From Thermoanaerobaculia bacterium (GTDB taxonomy: Bacteria > Acidobacteriota > Thermoanaerobaculia > Gp7-AA8), in the NCBI GenBank assembly GCA_016650215.1, contig JAENWF010000033.1:1-57561 (forward strand): a DNA stretch of 57,561 nucleotides, in the 5' to 3' direction. The translations under genes were made by a program, and so were the position numbers. Within the stretch, counting starts at the first letter, position 1. Each line of letters opens with the position of its first letter. Under the pieces are notes generated by a model. The model saw only the letters and a list, made by a program, of their open reading frames with translations, was not told the DNA's origin and did not search any database. Below are positions 44,220 to 51,983 of the stretch, piece after piece.

Positions 44220-44705
44220 GTGGTCGCGAGCCTGCTGATCGGCGCAGGATTCCTCTTCCTGTCGCGCGGAGCGGCAGGGCGGGCCATGCGGCTCGCGTGC
44301 GCGTTCCTGCTCCTCATCGCCGGTGCCGCGTTCGCGCTTCCTCGCGGAGAGTCGGCGGTCACCTGGCAGAAGTACGACACGAAGACGCTCGCCGCCGCTT
44401 CAGCGGCGGGGAAGCCGGTCGTGATCGACTTCTTCGCCGACTGGTGTCTGCCGTGCAAGGAGCTCGACGCGAAGACGTTCGGAGACCAGCGCGTCGCCAG
44501 AGAGATGGATCGCTTCGTACGGGTGAAGGCCGATCTCACGCTCGCTGACGATCCCGCTACGCTGGCGCTGTCGAAGCAGTACGGAATCATCGGAGTCCCC
44601 GCGGTCGTCTTTCTCGACGCGAAAGGCGAGGAACTGCGAGAGCTGCGCCTCAATCAATTCGAGTCCGCGGATCCGTTCCTCGCGAGACTCAAACAGGCGC
44701 GCTAA
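44220..44705 (+). CDS. two TM helices plus a thioredoxin domain (equivalent to DsbD TM7-8 and the gamma domain)
   Basis: VVASLLIGAGFLFL, LACAFLLLIAGAAFAL, then KPVVIDFFADWCLPCKELD (CxxC). GTG at 44220 is 6 nt after the TAG, in the same frame. Confidence 0.75.
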   Translation: MVASLLIGAGFLFLSRGAAGRAMRLACAFLLLIAGAAFALPRGESAVTWQKYDTKTLAAASAAGKPVVIDFFADWCLPCKELDAKTFGDQRVAREMDRFVRVKADLTLADDPATLALSKQYGIIGVPAVVFLDAKGEELRELRLNQFESADPFLARLKQAR

Positions 44706-44945
44706 TCCTGAGCCGCGAAGACGGCGAAGGATCTTCTGATGTAAGGACGATGCACGTGGCTGCGTCCCTCCCAGCGCTATCAGAAGATCCTTCGCTTCGC
44801 TCAGGATGACAGGACGATGCACGTGGCTGCGTCCCTCCCAGCGCTATCAGAAGATCCTTCGCTTCGCTCAGGATGACGGGACGATGCACGTGGCTGCGTC
44901 CCTCCCAGCGCTATCAGTAGATCCTTCGCTTCGCTCAGGATGCGG
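44706..44945. repeat. family-A long form: one inverted half plus 3 tandem copies of a 67-bp unit
   Basis: The unit GGACGATGCACGTGGCTGCGTCCCTCCCAGCGCTATCAGAAGATCCTTCGCTTCGCTCAGGATGACA occurs at 44745, 44812 and 44879, with 0-4 differences between copies. Confidence 0.92.
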
Positions 44946-44954
44946 GGGGGGCCG

Positions 44955-45695
44955 CTACCTCGGGAACTGGTAAACGAAATTCACGAACACGCGGTTCGTC
45001 TCGAGCTTGATGGTGGACTGCGCGTCGAGGTACTCATACTCGAGCCCTGGCACCGCGCTCCACTGGCTCTCGCCGATCGGAATGATGAAGCCTCCCTCGG
45101 CGCGCCAGCCAGTCATGTCCGCCTGCGAGTTGAATCCGCTGCCGCCAAAGTCCACCGTGCCGGTGTAGCCACGCAGCACGCCGTAGACGCCGAACGGGCG
45201 GTTCGTTGCCGAATGCACGCGCACGCCGCCGAAGATCGCCTGGTAGTCGAAGTCCTCGCCGTCGAACAAGCCGCCACCGAACGCGCTGCCCCCGACCGAA
45301 ATGGTGTCCATCCGGACGCCGCCCTGCAGGTCGAGATAGGGAATCGCGGCCCAACCGACCGACGCCTCGCCACGGTCGCGCGAATACTGGCCGAACTCGA
45401 TCGGGAGAAAGTCGCTGATCTGCAGACCGTTCTCCGGATCGTGGTCGTAGTTGAAATCGATGACGAACGCGCCCGCACGGTACTCGCCTACGAGTCCGAA
45501 GCCGATCTGCCGGCCCGACTCGATCGTGAAGAGATCGATGTCGATGTCGGTCGAGTAACTCGAGAGTCGAGGCCCGATGCGGAAGCCGTCCATCGATGAG
45601 CTGCTGCCTCCGCGCGGTGTCGGTGTGATCATCGACTGCGCTGCGGCGGTGGATGCTGTGGTGAGGATGATGACTGCGATCAGAATCTTCTTCAT
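44955..45695 (-). CDS. outer-membrane beta-barrel protein (porin-family fold)
   Basis: Signal peptide MKKILIAVIILTTASTAAAQS. Alternating beta-strand pattern with Gly/aromatic residues, ending NFVYQFPR. Confidence 0.7.
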   Translation of the reverse strand: MKKILIAVIILTTASTAAAQSMITPTPRGGSSSSMDGFRIGPRLSSYSTDIDIDLFTIESGRQIGFGLVGEYRAGAFVIDFNYDHDPENGLQISDFLPIEFGQYSRDRGEASVGWAAIPYLDLQGGVRMDTISVGGSAFGGGLFDGEDFDYQAIFGGVRVHSATNRPFGVYGVLRGYTGTVDFGGSGFNSQADMTGWRAEGGFIIPIGESQWSAVPGLEYEYLDAQSTIKLETNRVFVNFVYQFPR

Positions 45696-45748
45696 TCGAT
45701 TGACTCCCGCTGGCTCCGCTTGCACACGAATTGCCATATCGTGTCGTC

Positions 45749-46051
45749 ATGACGTTGACACCGAAACAGCGGCAGTACCTGAGAGGCCTCGCGCACCCCT
45801 TTGAACCCGTCGTCCGCGTCGGAAAGGGTGGCGTCAGCCCCAGTGTCATCGCTGAGACGAAAAAGGCGCTGGACTCACACGAGCTGATCAAGATCCGTGT
45901 CGAAGGCGAGGAGCGGAAGACCCTTGTCGAAAAACTCGCGGCTGAGACCGCCTCGGAAATCGCGGGGATCGTCGGAAAGACAGCGATCCTCTATCGGGCG
46001 CGCGAAGATGATCCGGAGATCGAGTTGCCAGAAGCCTCTACCCGATCCTGA
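45749..46051 (+). CDS. yhbY: YhbY/CRS1-type RNA-binding ribosome assembly protein
   Basis: LTPKQRQYLRGLAHPFEPVVRVGKGGVSPSVIAETKKALDSHELIKIRV. The stop codon lies inside a family-A repeat. Confidence 0.85.
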   Translation: MTLTPKQRQYLRGLAHPFEPVVRVGKGGVSPSVIAETKKALDSHELIKIRVEGEERKTLVEKLAAETASEIAGIVGKTAILYRAREDDPEIELPEASTRS

Positions 46052-46106
46052 GCGAAGCGAAGGATCTTCTGATCGCGCCTGGGAGGACGCAGCCACAGCG
46101 GCCGTG
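46044..46106. repeat. family-A long-form copy (inverted orientation) filling a convergent intergenic gap
   Basis: GATCCTGAGCGAAGCGAAGGATCTTCTGATCGCGCCTGGGAGGACGCAGCCACAGCGGCCGTG is the reverse complement of the 67-bp unit at 44745. Confidence 0.85.
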
Positions 46107-47099
46107 TCATTTCTTCACGATCATGACCGGCTGAAGCCAGGCCGTCTTTCCGTTCGAGTCCACGACCCTGGCGCGCACGTAGCCCTCATCACCGCGGACG
46201 AGGTACTCGGATTCATTGGTCAGTGCAGTCTGCAGGATCGCGCCACCGCGGCCGATGTAGGTGGTGCGGTACTTCGTATCGCCGCTCGCTTTGATGGATA
46301 TGCGAAAGGATCTGGCGCTGACGGAAACCTCTGTAATCTCGACACCGGTGGACGCATAAAAATCGCCCCGCTCCATTGCTGCCAGCAGCTCCGGAGCGGC
46401 CAGCTTCTCCGCCCGCACCACCACCCAGCCCTGGCCGGGACGGGCCGCATCTGCGCTCCAGGGCCGCTTGAAGTGATGGGCGTCGTCGACGGCGATCCCG
46501 TACAGCAGCTTCCCCCCCGTCAACAGGATGTCCCAGACCTCTTCCATCGATGGCGCGCCCCCGCCTCCCATGTTGTTGACCAGGGGATGGCCGTTGTAGA
46601 TCTCGAACAGCCGGTCGCGTTCGATCTTCGACAGATCTTCGGCGCTGATCGCCCACCCGTAGTTCGGGTGATTGATGTGCGGGACACCGGACGCTTCGCG
46701 AACGGCGTCAACATTGCGCTGCAGTACGTCGGCCACGCTCGTGCCGCCCTGGGGTTTGACCAGGCGCTGCACATTCAGACCGTTGACGTGAATCGGTTTC
46801 TTGCCGAACCAGTCCGACACTTCCTCACCTCGTATCACCAGGAACTTCTCGTCGGCGGCATGCAGCGCATTCAAGCCGTCGACGCTGGTGAGGAAGTTGT
46901 GGTCCGTCAGGACCAGGAAGTCGTAGTTGTGCTCGCGGTACCAGCGCACCACCTCGTCGGGCGTGCTGTCGCCGTCGCTGTTGAGCGTGTGGGTGTGCGT
47001 GTTCCCCTTGTACCAGCGCCTGGTTGGAGGGGCGTCCTGTGCGGCCGCCACGGCGGCGAATGCCAGAAGGATTACAAGAGTGGCGCGGACTTTCATCAT
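46107..47099 (-). CDS. secreted PHP-domain (CehA/McbA-like) metallohydrolase
   Basis: Signal peptide MMKVRATLVILLAFAAVAAA. YKGNTHTHTLNSDGD, DFLVLTDHN, PHINHPNY, DDAHH. Confidence 0.8.
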   Translation of the reverse strand: MMKVRATLVILLAFAAVAAAQDAPPTRRWYKGNTHTHTLNSDGDSTPDEVVRWYREHNYDFLVLTDHNFLTSVDGLNALHAADEKFLVIRGEEVSDWFGKKPIHVNGLNVQRLVKPQGGTSVADVLQRNVDAVREASGVPHINHPNYGWAISAEDLSKIERDRLFEIYNGHPLVNNMGGGGAPSMEEVWDILLTGGKLLYGIAVDDAHHFKRPWSADAARPGQGWVVVRAEKLAAPELLAAMERGDFYASTGVEITEVSVSARSFRISIKASGDTKYRTTYIGRGGAILQTALTNESEYLVRGDEGYVRARVVDSNGKTAWLQPVMIVKK

Positions 47100-47104
47100 T
47101 GCCG

Positions 47105-47182
47105 CCTCCCAGCGCACCGCGCGACGATCAGGCTTTGCCGCGACGCCAGACTTCCTCCTTCCTTCGCTTCGCTCAGGATGAC
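47105..47182. repeat. family-A related copy
   Basis: CCTCCCAGCGC...GATCAG...CCTTCGCTTCGCTCAGGATGAC. Its CCTCCC, read on the minus strand, is the GGGAGG RBS of the PHP gene. Confidence 0.7.
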
Positions 47183-47192
47183 GAGGGCGACA

Positions 47193-48383
47193 CTACTTCC
47201 GCTGCGTTCTGCCGATCGCGAGCATCGCGCCGGTCGAGCGGCCGAGGGCGGAGGCGGCGACGACTTTGTTCGAGACCGGGGCGGGAGGCGTGGGTATCAC
47301 GACCGGCTCGGGCTCGGGAATCTTGAATGTCCAGCTTCCTTCAACGCGGCGGCCGCTCTTGCTCTCGGTGGCCCAGACGACGGCGCGGTAGTACTTGCCT
47401 TTGATCATTTTCGCGGCGTCATCGAGCAGGAGGGAGATCGCCCCGGTGCGCGCGTCGTATGAGTATGGCGCGATGGATCCGAGGCTCATGAGGGCCATGC
47501 CGACGGTCTGCGGATCGAGAGACTCGTAGTTCGGAATGCGCGCCGAGACGACCGTCGTCGGGCCGTCGATGGCGCCGCCGGAAAGAGGCGTCATGTCGGC
47601 GAGTTGCATCGAGCTCGCGCCCATGTACTTGCGGAATCCGGCGAAGTCCATCCGCTTGTCGATGACCAGGCGTTTCATCTTCAGCGGATCGCTACCGCGT
47701 TTGACCCGGCCAAAATCGCAGGTGAGCGCAGCGCTGTAGCCCGTCTTTGCCGCCATCCGCGCGACACGGTTGTCGTAGTCGCCATACGGATAGGCGAGGA
47801 ACTGGACCTTCTTTCCAGTGTGCTTCTCCAGGATCCTGCGGCTGTCGGCGAGCTCGCTGTAGAGCCACTTCGAATAGCCAACCTCATCGAGCGAGCCGTT
47901 ACGGCGGCGAGTGAGGAACGGATGCGAGAGCGAGTGGCTCTGAATGTCGGCGCCGGCGTCCGACATCTCGCGGATCTGATTCCAGTTCAGTGCGATCGTC
48001 GTGTTACCGATGATCCTCGGATAGATGAAGAGAGTGAACGGAAGGTTGCGCTTCTGCAGCTCCGGAAACGCCTCGGTGTACGCGCTGCGCCAGCCGTCGT
48101 CGAGGGTGATCACGACAGCGTTCTTCGGAATCGTAGCGCGCTTGCCGGTCACGTACTCCTGCAGATGTGCGAGTGGAATCACGTTGTAGCCGGTCATCGC
48201 GAGGTAATCGAGATGCTGGCGGAACGTCTCGCGCGTGATCTGCATCCGGTCGTCGCTGGGAGCTTCGACGATGTGGTAGCAGAGAACGGTTGCAGTCGGA
48301 GCCTCGTCGAGCGAGGCCGTTTGAGCCAGGGAGGTGAGTGGAATGAGTATGGCGACGATCGCCATCAACGCCCGCGCGGTCAT
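47193..48383 (-). CDS. polysaccharide deacetylase (NodB homology) family protein
   Basis: VITLDDGWRSAY, FTLFIYP, IQSHSLSHP. Signal peptide MTARALMAIVAILIPLTSLAQ. Confidence 0.85.
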   Translation of the reverse strand: MTARALMAIVAILIPLTSLAQTASLDEAPTATVLCYHIVEAPSDDRMQITRETFRQHLDYLAMTGYNVIPLAHLQEYVTGKRATIPKNAVVITLDDGWRSAYTEAFPELQKRNLPFTLFIYPRIIGNTTIALNWNQIREMSDAGADIQSHSLSHPFLTRRRNGSLDEVGYSKWLYSELADSRRILEKHTGKKVQFLAYPYGDYDNRVARMAAKTGYSAALTCDFGRVKRGSDPLKMKRLVIDKRMDFAGFRKYMGASSMQLADMTPLSGGAIDGPTTVVSARIPNYESLDPQTVGMALMSLGSIAPYSYDARTGAISLLLDDAAKMIKGKYYRAVVWATESKSGRRVEGSWTFKIPEPEPVVIPTPPAPVSNKVVAASALGRSTGAMLAIGRTQRK

Positions 48384-48484
48384 GTTGCTCCCCGTGAAGA
48401 GATCAGTCAGTTGCGGAAATAGCCACTGCAATCCGGATGCTAGGTTTTGGAATTGTAGCTCCTTGCTGGAATCCCCGCCCCTCG

Positions 48485-48513
48485 TTGACGGTTCCGGGCG
48501 GCTGCATTAGAGT
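48485..48513 (+). promoter_or_regulatory. candidate sigma-70-type promoter
   Basis: TTGACG (48485-48490), a 17-nt spacer, then TAGAGT (48508-48513). It lies 34 nt upstream of the ATG at 48548, with GGAGG in between. Confidence 0.45.
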
Positions 48514-48547
48514 CTCGCATCTTCAATTCCCGGAGGCAGTTCCCTAT

Positions 48548-49261
48548 ATGGACCGGCAGCATCGCAGAGACCTGAAACACGACAAATTCGTCGACGAAGT
48601 CGGCATCCTGACGGACAAGGCGCGCGCCAACCAGCGCGTGCTGATCCTGATTGCGGTGGCAGCGATTGCCATCGCCGCGCTCAGCTACGGCTGGTTCTTC
48701 TACCGCGGCAACCAGGAGACAAAGGCGCAGGAGGTGCTGGCGAGCGCGATCGACACGATCGAGTCGCCGCTGATCGATGCAACTGCCACCGCGCCGAATC
48801 CCGCCGCGAAGTTCAAGACCGCGGCCGAGCGGACCGCCGCCGCCGAGAAGCAGTTCAAGGATGTCGAGACGAAGTACTCAGGCAGCGATGCGGCCGATGT
48901 CGCAGGACTCTACGTCGCGCGCATCCACGCCGGCCGCGGCGATGTCGCGACGGCACGGAAGAAACTCGAGGCGTTCATCGGCGAGCATTCCGATCATCTG
49001 CTCGTCGGCGGCGCCCGCTACAGCCTCTATCAGATGAGGATCGACGGCGGCGAGGCACAGAAGGTCGCGACCGAGATCAACGCGGAGCTCGCGAAGACGA
49101 ACGACACGGTTCTCCCGGCCGACTCTCTGCTCGTTCTTCTCGCGCACGCCTACGAAGTGCAGGGCGATAGCGTGAAGTCGCGCGAGACCTACCGCAGGAT
49201 CACGACCGAGTATCCCGACTCGCCGTTCGTCCTCGAGGCGCAGCGTCGCGTTGGAGCGTAA
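48548..49261 (+). CDS. membrane-anchored TPR-like protein (YfgM-like architecture)
   Basis: MDRQHRRDLKHDKFVDEV, then one TM segment (VLILIAVAAIAIAALSYGWFF), then a helical TPR-like domain. Confidence 0.65.
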   Translation: MDRQHRRDLKHDKFVDEVGILTDKARANQRVLILIAVAAIAIAALSYGWFFYRGNQETKAQEVLASAIDTIESPLIDATATAPNPAAKFKTAAERTAAAEKQFKDVETKYSGSDAADVAGLYVARIHAGRGDVATARKKLEAFIGEHSDHLLVGGARYSLYQMRIDGGEAQKVATEINAELAKTNDTVLPADSLLVLLAHAYEVQGDSVKSRETYRRITTEYPDSPFVLEAQRRVGA

Positions 49262-49270
49262 TCGACGAAG

Positions 49271-49319
49271 GTGACGAGTGACGCGTTACGCGTGACGAGT
49301 CCTGAGTGGTGAGTCTCTC
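49271..49319. repeat. heptamer tandem array (GTGACGA type) running into the GT2 start codon
   Basis: GTGACGA GTGACGC GTTACGC GTGACGA GTCCTGA GTGGTGA GTCTCTC. The GTG start at 49306 is the first triplet of unit 6. Confidence 0.85.
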
Positions 49320-50436
49320 ACTCGTCGTCCTCGTCGCGTGGGTCGTTGCTTTCGTTCAGACGCTTCTCAATCTCTTTCTGATCCGTTCGTTGCGCGGTGC
49401 CGCCTCCGTCGAGGGTCCGCGCGTGTCGGTCATCGTCCCTGCGCGCAATGAAGAGCGATCGATTGCGCGGACCGTTCGTGCGCTACTGGCCCAGACATAT
49501 CGCGACCTCGAAATCATCGTCGTCGACGACCGGTCGAGCGACTCGACGGGACCTCTGCTGCAAGAAATCGCTCTCGGGGATCCGCGCCTCATCGTGATCT
49601 CCGGTGAAGAGCCGCCGGCAGGGTGGCTCGGCAAGCCGTGGGCGCTGCATCAGGGGAGTCTGCGTGCGAGCGGCGACCTGCTGCTGTTCGTCGATGCCGA
49701 CATCCACTACCAGCCCGCGGGTATTGCGGCGGCGGTTGCAGAGTTGCAGCAATGTAAAGCGGAGATGCTCACGCTCTTTCCTCACGTCGAAATGCGCGGA
49801 TTCTGGGAGAACGTGGCGATGCCGCAGCTCTCGGTGGTCGTCTTTACGTTTCTGCCGACGTTCCTCTCCAACCGCACGATGAATCCGCGTATGGCTCTCG
49901 GCGGGGGCACCGGGAATCTCGTGCGGCGCGACGCCTACGACAAAGCAGGCGGGCATGAGGCGCTCCGAAGCGCCGTTGTGGATGACATCGGCCTCGCACG
50001 TCTATTCCGCAGCCGTGGTTTCCGCACGCAAACCGTGCTGGCCGGCGATTTTGTATCCGTCCGCATGTACGAAGGGGGACGCCAGATCGTCGAGGGGTTC
50101 ACCAAGAACCTCTTCGCGGCATTGGGCCGGAGTTACGTGCTGACGATCACTCTCGCGATTCTCGGCGTACTCTTCCACGTCTGGCCCTACCTGGCCGCGA
50201 TCCTCGGCGATCCACTAGCGGTCGCGACTGTCACGCTCATCACGCTGTCGCGCCTGTTGGTTTTCGCGAGGTTGCGGTACAGCCTCGTGGCGGCGCTCTT
50301 CGCGCACCCGCTGATGGTGCTCGTGTTCACCTGGATCTCGCTCCGGTCGATGTGGCTCACAGGCGTGAAGCGTCAGCTCACGTGGCGCGGCCGCGTGTAC
50401 GACGCGTCCCATACGCGCTTCGGCGGGGAGCGGTGA
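49306..50436 (+). CDS. membrane glycosyltransferase family 2 (HpnB/CrtQ-like, non-processive type)
   Basis: VSVIVPARNEERSI, VVDDRSSDST, GKPWAL, FVDADI, GGGTGNLVRRDAYDKAGG, VVDDIGLA. C-terminal TM helices. Confidence 0.82.
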   Translation: MVSLSLVVLVAWVVAFVQTLLNLFLIRSLRGAASVEGPRVSVIVPARNEERSIARTVRALLAQTYRDLEIIVVDDRSSDSTGPLLQEIALGDPRLIVISGEEPPAGWLGKPWALHQGSLRASGDLLLFVDADIHYQPAGIAAAVAELQQCKAEMLTLFPHVEMRGFWENVAMPQLSVVVFTFLPTFLSNRTMNPRMALGGGTGNLVRRDAYDKAGGHEALRSAVVDDIGLARLFRSRGFRTQTVLAGDFVSVRMYEGGRQIVEGFTKNLFAALGRSYVLTITLAILGVLFHVWPYLAAILGDPLAVATVTLITLSRLLVFARLRYSLVAALFAHPLMVLVFTWISLRSMWLTGVKRQLTWRGRVYDASHTRFGGER

Positions 50437-50462
50437 TACTTTATCGCCGCTAAGGAGAACCA

Positions 50463-51032
50463 ATGACCGACAAACCTTTCCTCACTGACGTTGCAGAGCT
50501 GCGCCGCCGCGCGCGCAAACACATCGAGGACGGCGCAGTGACCGACGGCTACCGCGGCGACCGCGAGACCGTGATCAAACTTCTGAACGAGGCGCTGGCG
50601 ACTGAGATCGTCTGTGTCCTTCGCTACAAACGTCACTACTTCATGGCGCAGGGCATCCACGCCGATCCGATCGCGCAGGAGTTCCTGCAGCACGCGAACG
50701 AAGAGCAGGGCCATGCCGACGAGCTCGCAGGGCGCATCGTCCAGCTCGGCGGATCGCCGAACTTCAGCCCCGAGGGGTTGCTGAGCCGCTCGCACTCCGA
50801 ATATGTGGAAGGGCTGACGCTGCTCGACATGATTCGCGAGGATCTCGTCGCCGAGCGCGTCGCGATCGACTCGTACACCGAGATGATCCGCTACGTCGGA
50901 GATAACGACATCACGACACGCCGGATGCTCGAAGGAATTCTCGCGGTCGAAGAGGAGCACGCGGACGATCTCGCGAGCTTTCTCGCGGACCTCGACAAGG
51001 ATTGGAAAACCAGAGATCGCACAGCGGGCTGA
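50463..51032 (+). CDS. bacterioferritin-like / ferritin-like four-helix-bundle protein
   Basis: LNEALATEIVCVLRY, EEQGHADELAGRI, ERVAIDSY and EEEHADDL are the di-iron ExxH pairs. Confidence 0.8.
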   Translation: MTDKPFLTDVAELRRRARKHIEDGAVTDGYRGDRETVIKLLNEALATEIVCVLRYKRHYFMAQGIHADPIAQEFLQHANEEQGHADELAGRIVQLGGSPNFSPEGLLSRSHSEYVEGLTLLDMIREDLVAERVAIDSYTEMIRYVGDNDITTRRMLEGILAVEEEHADDLASFLADLDKDWKTRDRTAG

Positions 51033-51090
51033 GGGTCCCGGGACGCTCTCGGAAATATGGTAGATTCTTGAGGGTTGTAGCGCCCTGCCT

Positions 51091-51858
51091 ATGTCACGTC
51101 CAGCCGAGCGTCACGCACAGATCCTCGACGAGCTCATCGCCCCCTTCGACCTCAGCCACGACTTTGGCCGGAAGGCGGCTTACGAGGCGGCGATCGACTA
51201 CGCGCGTCAAAATCTGATCGACGACCCGCACTGCAACGATTTCCTCGGGGCCGCCGCGAAACGCCTCGGCTTCGCCGCCGTGAATTTCGACACGCTCGAG
51301 AGCCGCGTCAAAATGCCCAAGAACGCGTGGCTCGACCTCTGGATCTCCGACGAGGATGAAGAGGTCTCGCTCACCGGCACGCGCGAGGGCATTCAGTATC
51401 TGATCGACCTGCTCTCGCAGCTCCGCGACGTAGGCGATCCCGAGCAGCACATCCATCTCGACCGCGGTCTTCTGCCGATGACGGAGAACTCGGCGAACCT
51501 CGTGCTCTTCAAGGAAGAGGAGAACTGGTTCACCGGCGCCGCCACCGAGGGCGTGCTGGACTTTCCGCGGCGCGAGATCGACCCCAAGTCGATCTACGCG
51601 ATCCAGTTCATCCACTATCCGCCGGAGGATCTCCCGATCAGCGCGCACAAGTTGTACCGGGTGCTGAAGGTGGAGGAAGAGAGTGGGACGCCGGCGAGCG
51701 TCAAGGAATTCGGCGACGGCGGTGACGGCCGCTACTACCGCTTCACGTTCGTCGCTGACAATGACGACAAGTTCACCTACAGCTTCCATCTCGACGATCC
51801 CGCGGTGAACTACTTCACGCATCGAGAGATTCTCAAGCTCGCGATGAGAAGCGTCTAA
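51091..51858 (+). CDS. hypothetical protein (255 aa)
   Basis: Clean ORF with typical codon usage. The central block EVSLTGTREGIQYLIDLLSQLRDVGDPEQHIHLD loosely recalls Imm32-type immunity proteins. That is unverified. Confidence 0.6.
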   Translation: MSRPAERHAQILDELIAPFDLSHDFGRKAAYEAAIDYARQNLIDDPHCNDFLGAAAKRLGFAAVNFDTLESRVKMPKNAWLDLWISDEDEEVSLTGTREGIQYLIDLLSQLRDVGDPEQHIHLDRGLLPMTENSANLVLFKEEENWFTGAATEGVLDFPRREIDPKSIYAIQFIHYPPEDLPISAHKLYRVLKVEEESGTPASVKEFGDGGDGRYYRFTFVADNDDKFTYSFHLDDPAVNYFTHREILKLAMRSV

Positions 51859-51865
51859 TTGAGGG

Positions 51866-51959
51866 AGTGACGCGTGACGAGCATTGGCCGATGACCTGCT
51901 CGAACCGAATCACAGATCTCGACTTGTAACTCGTCACTCGTAACGCGTCACTCGATACG
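51866..51959. repeat. inverted heptamer arrays (GTGACG type) around a 38-nt spacer
   Basis: Left units AGTGACG CGTGACG AGCATTG (51866-51886). Right units TGTAACT CGTCACT CGTAACG CGTCACT CGATACG (51925-51959). Confidence 0.8.
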
Positions 51960-51983
51960 GCATCCTCATATAAACTCCGACCG

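Noticed and set aside
44706-44945. Regularly spaced repeats that could be mistaken for a small CRISPR array
   Set aside because: The 67-bp units are contiguous and nearly identical over their whole length, so there are no unique spacers. No cas genes are nearby. The unit belongs to dispersed repeat family A.
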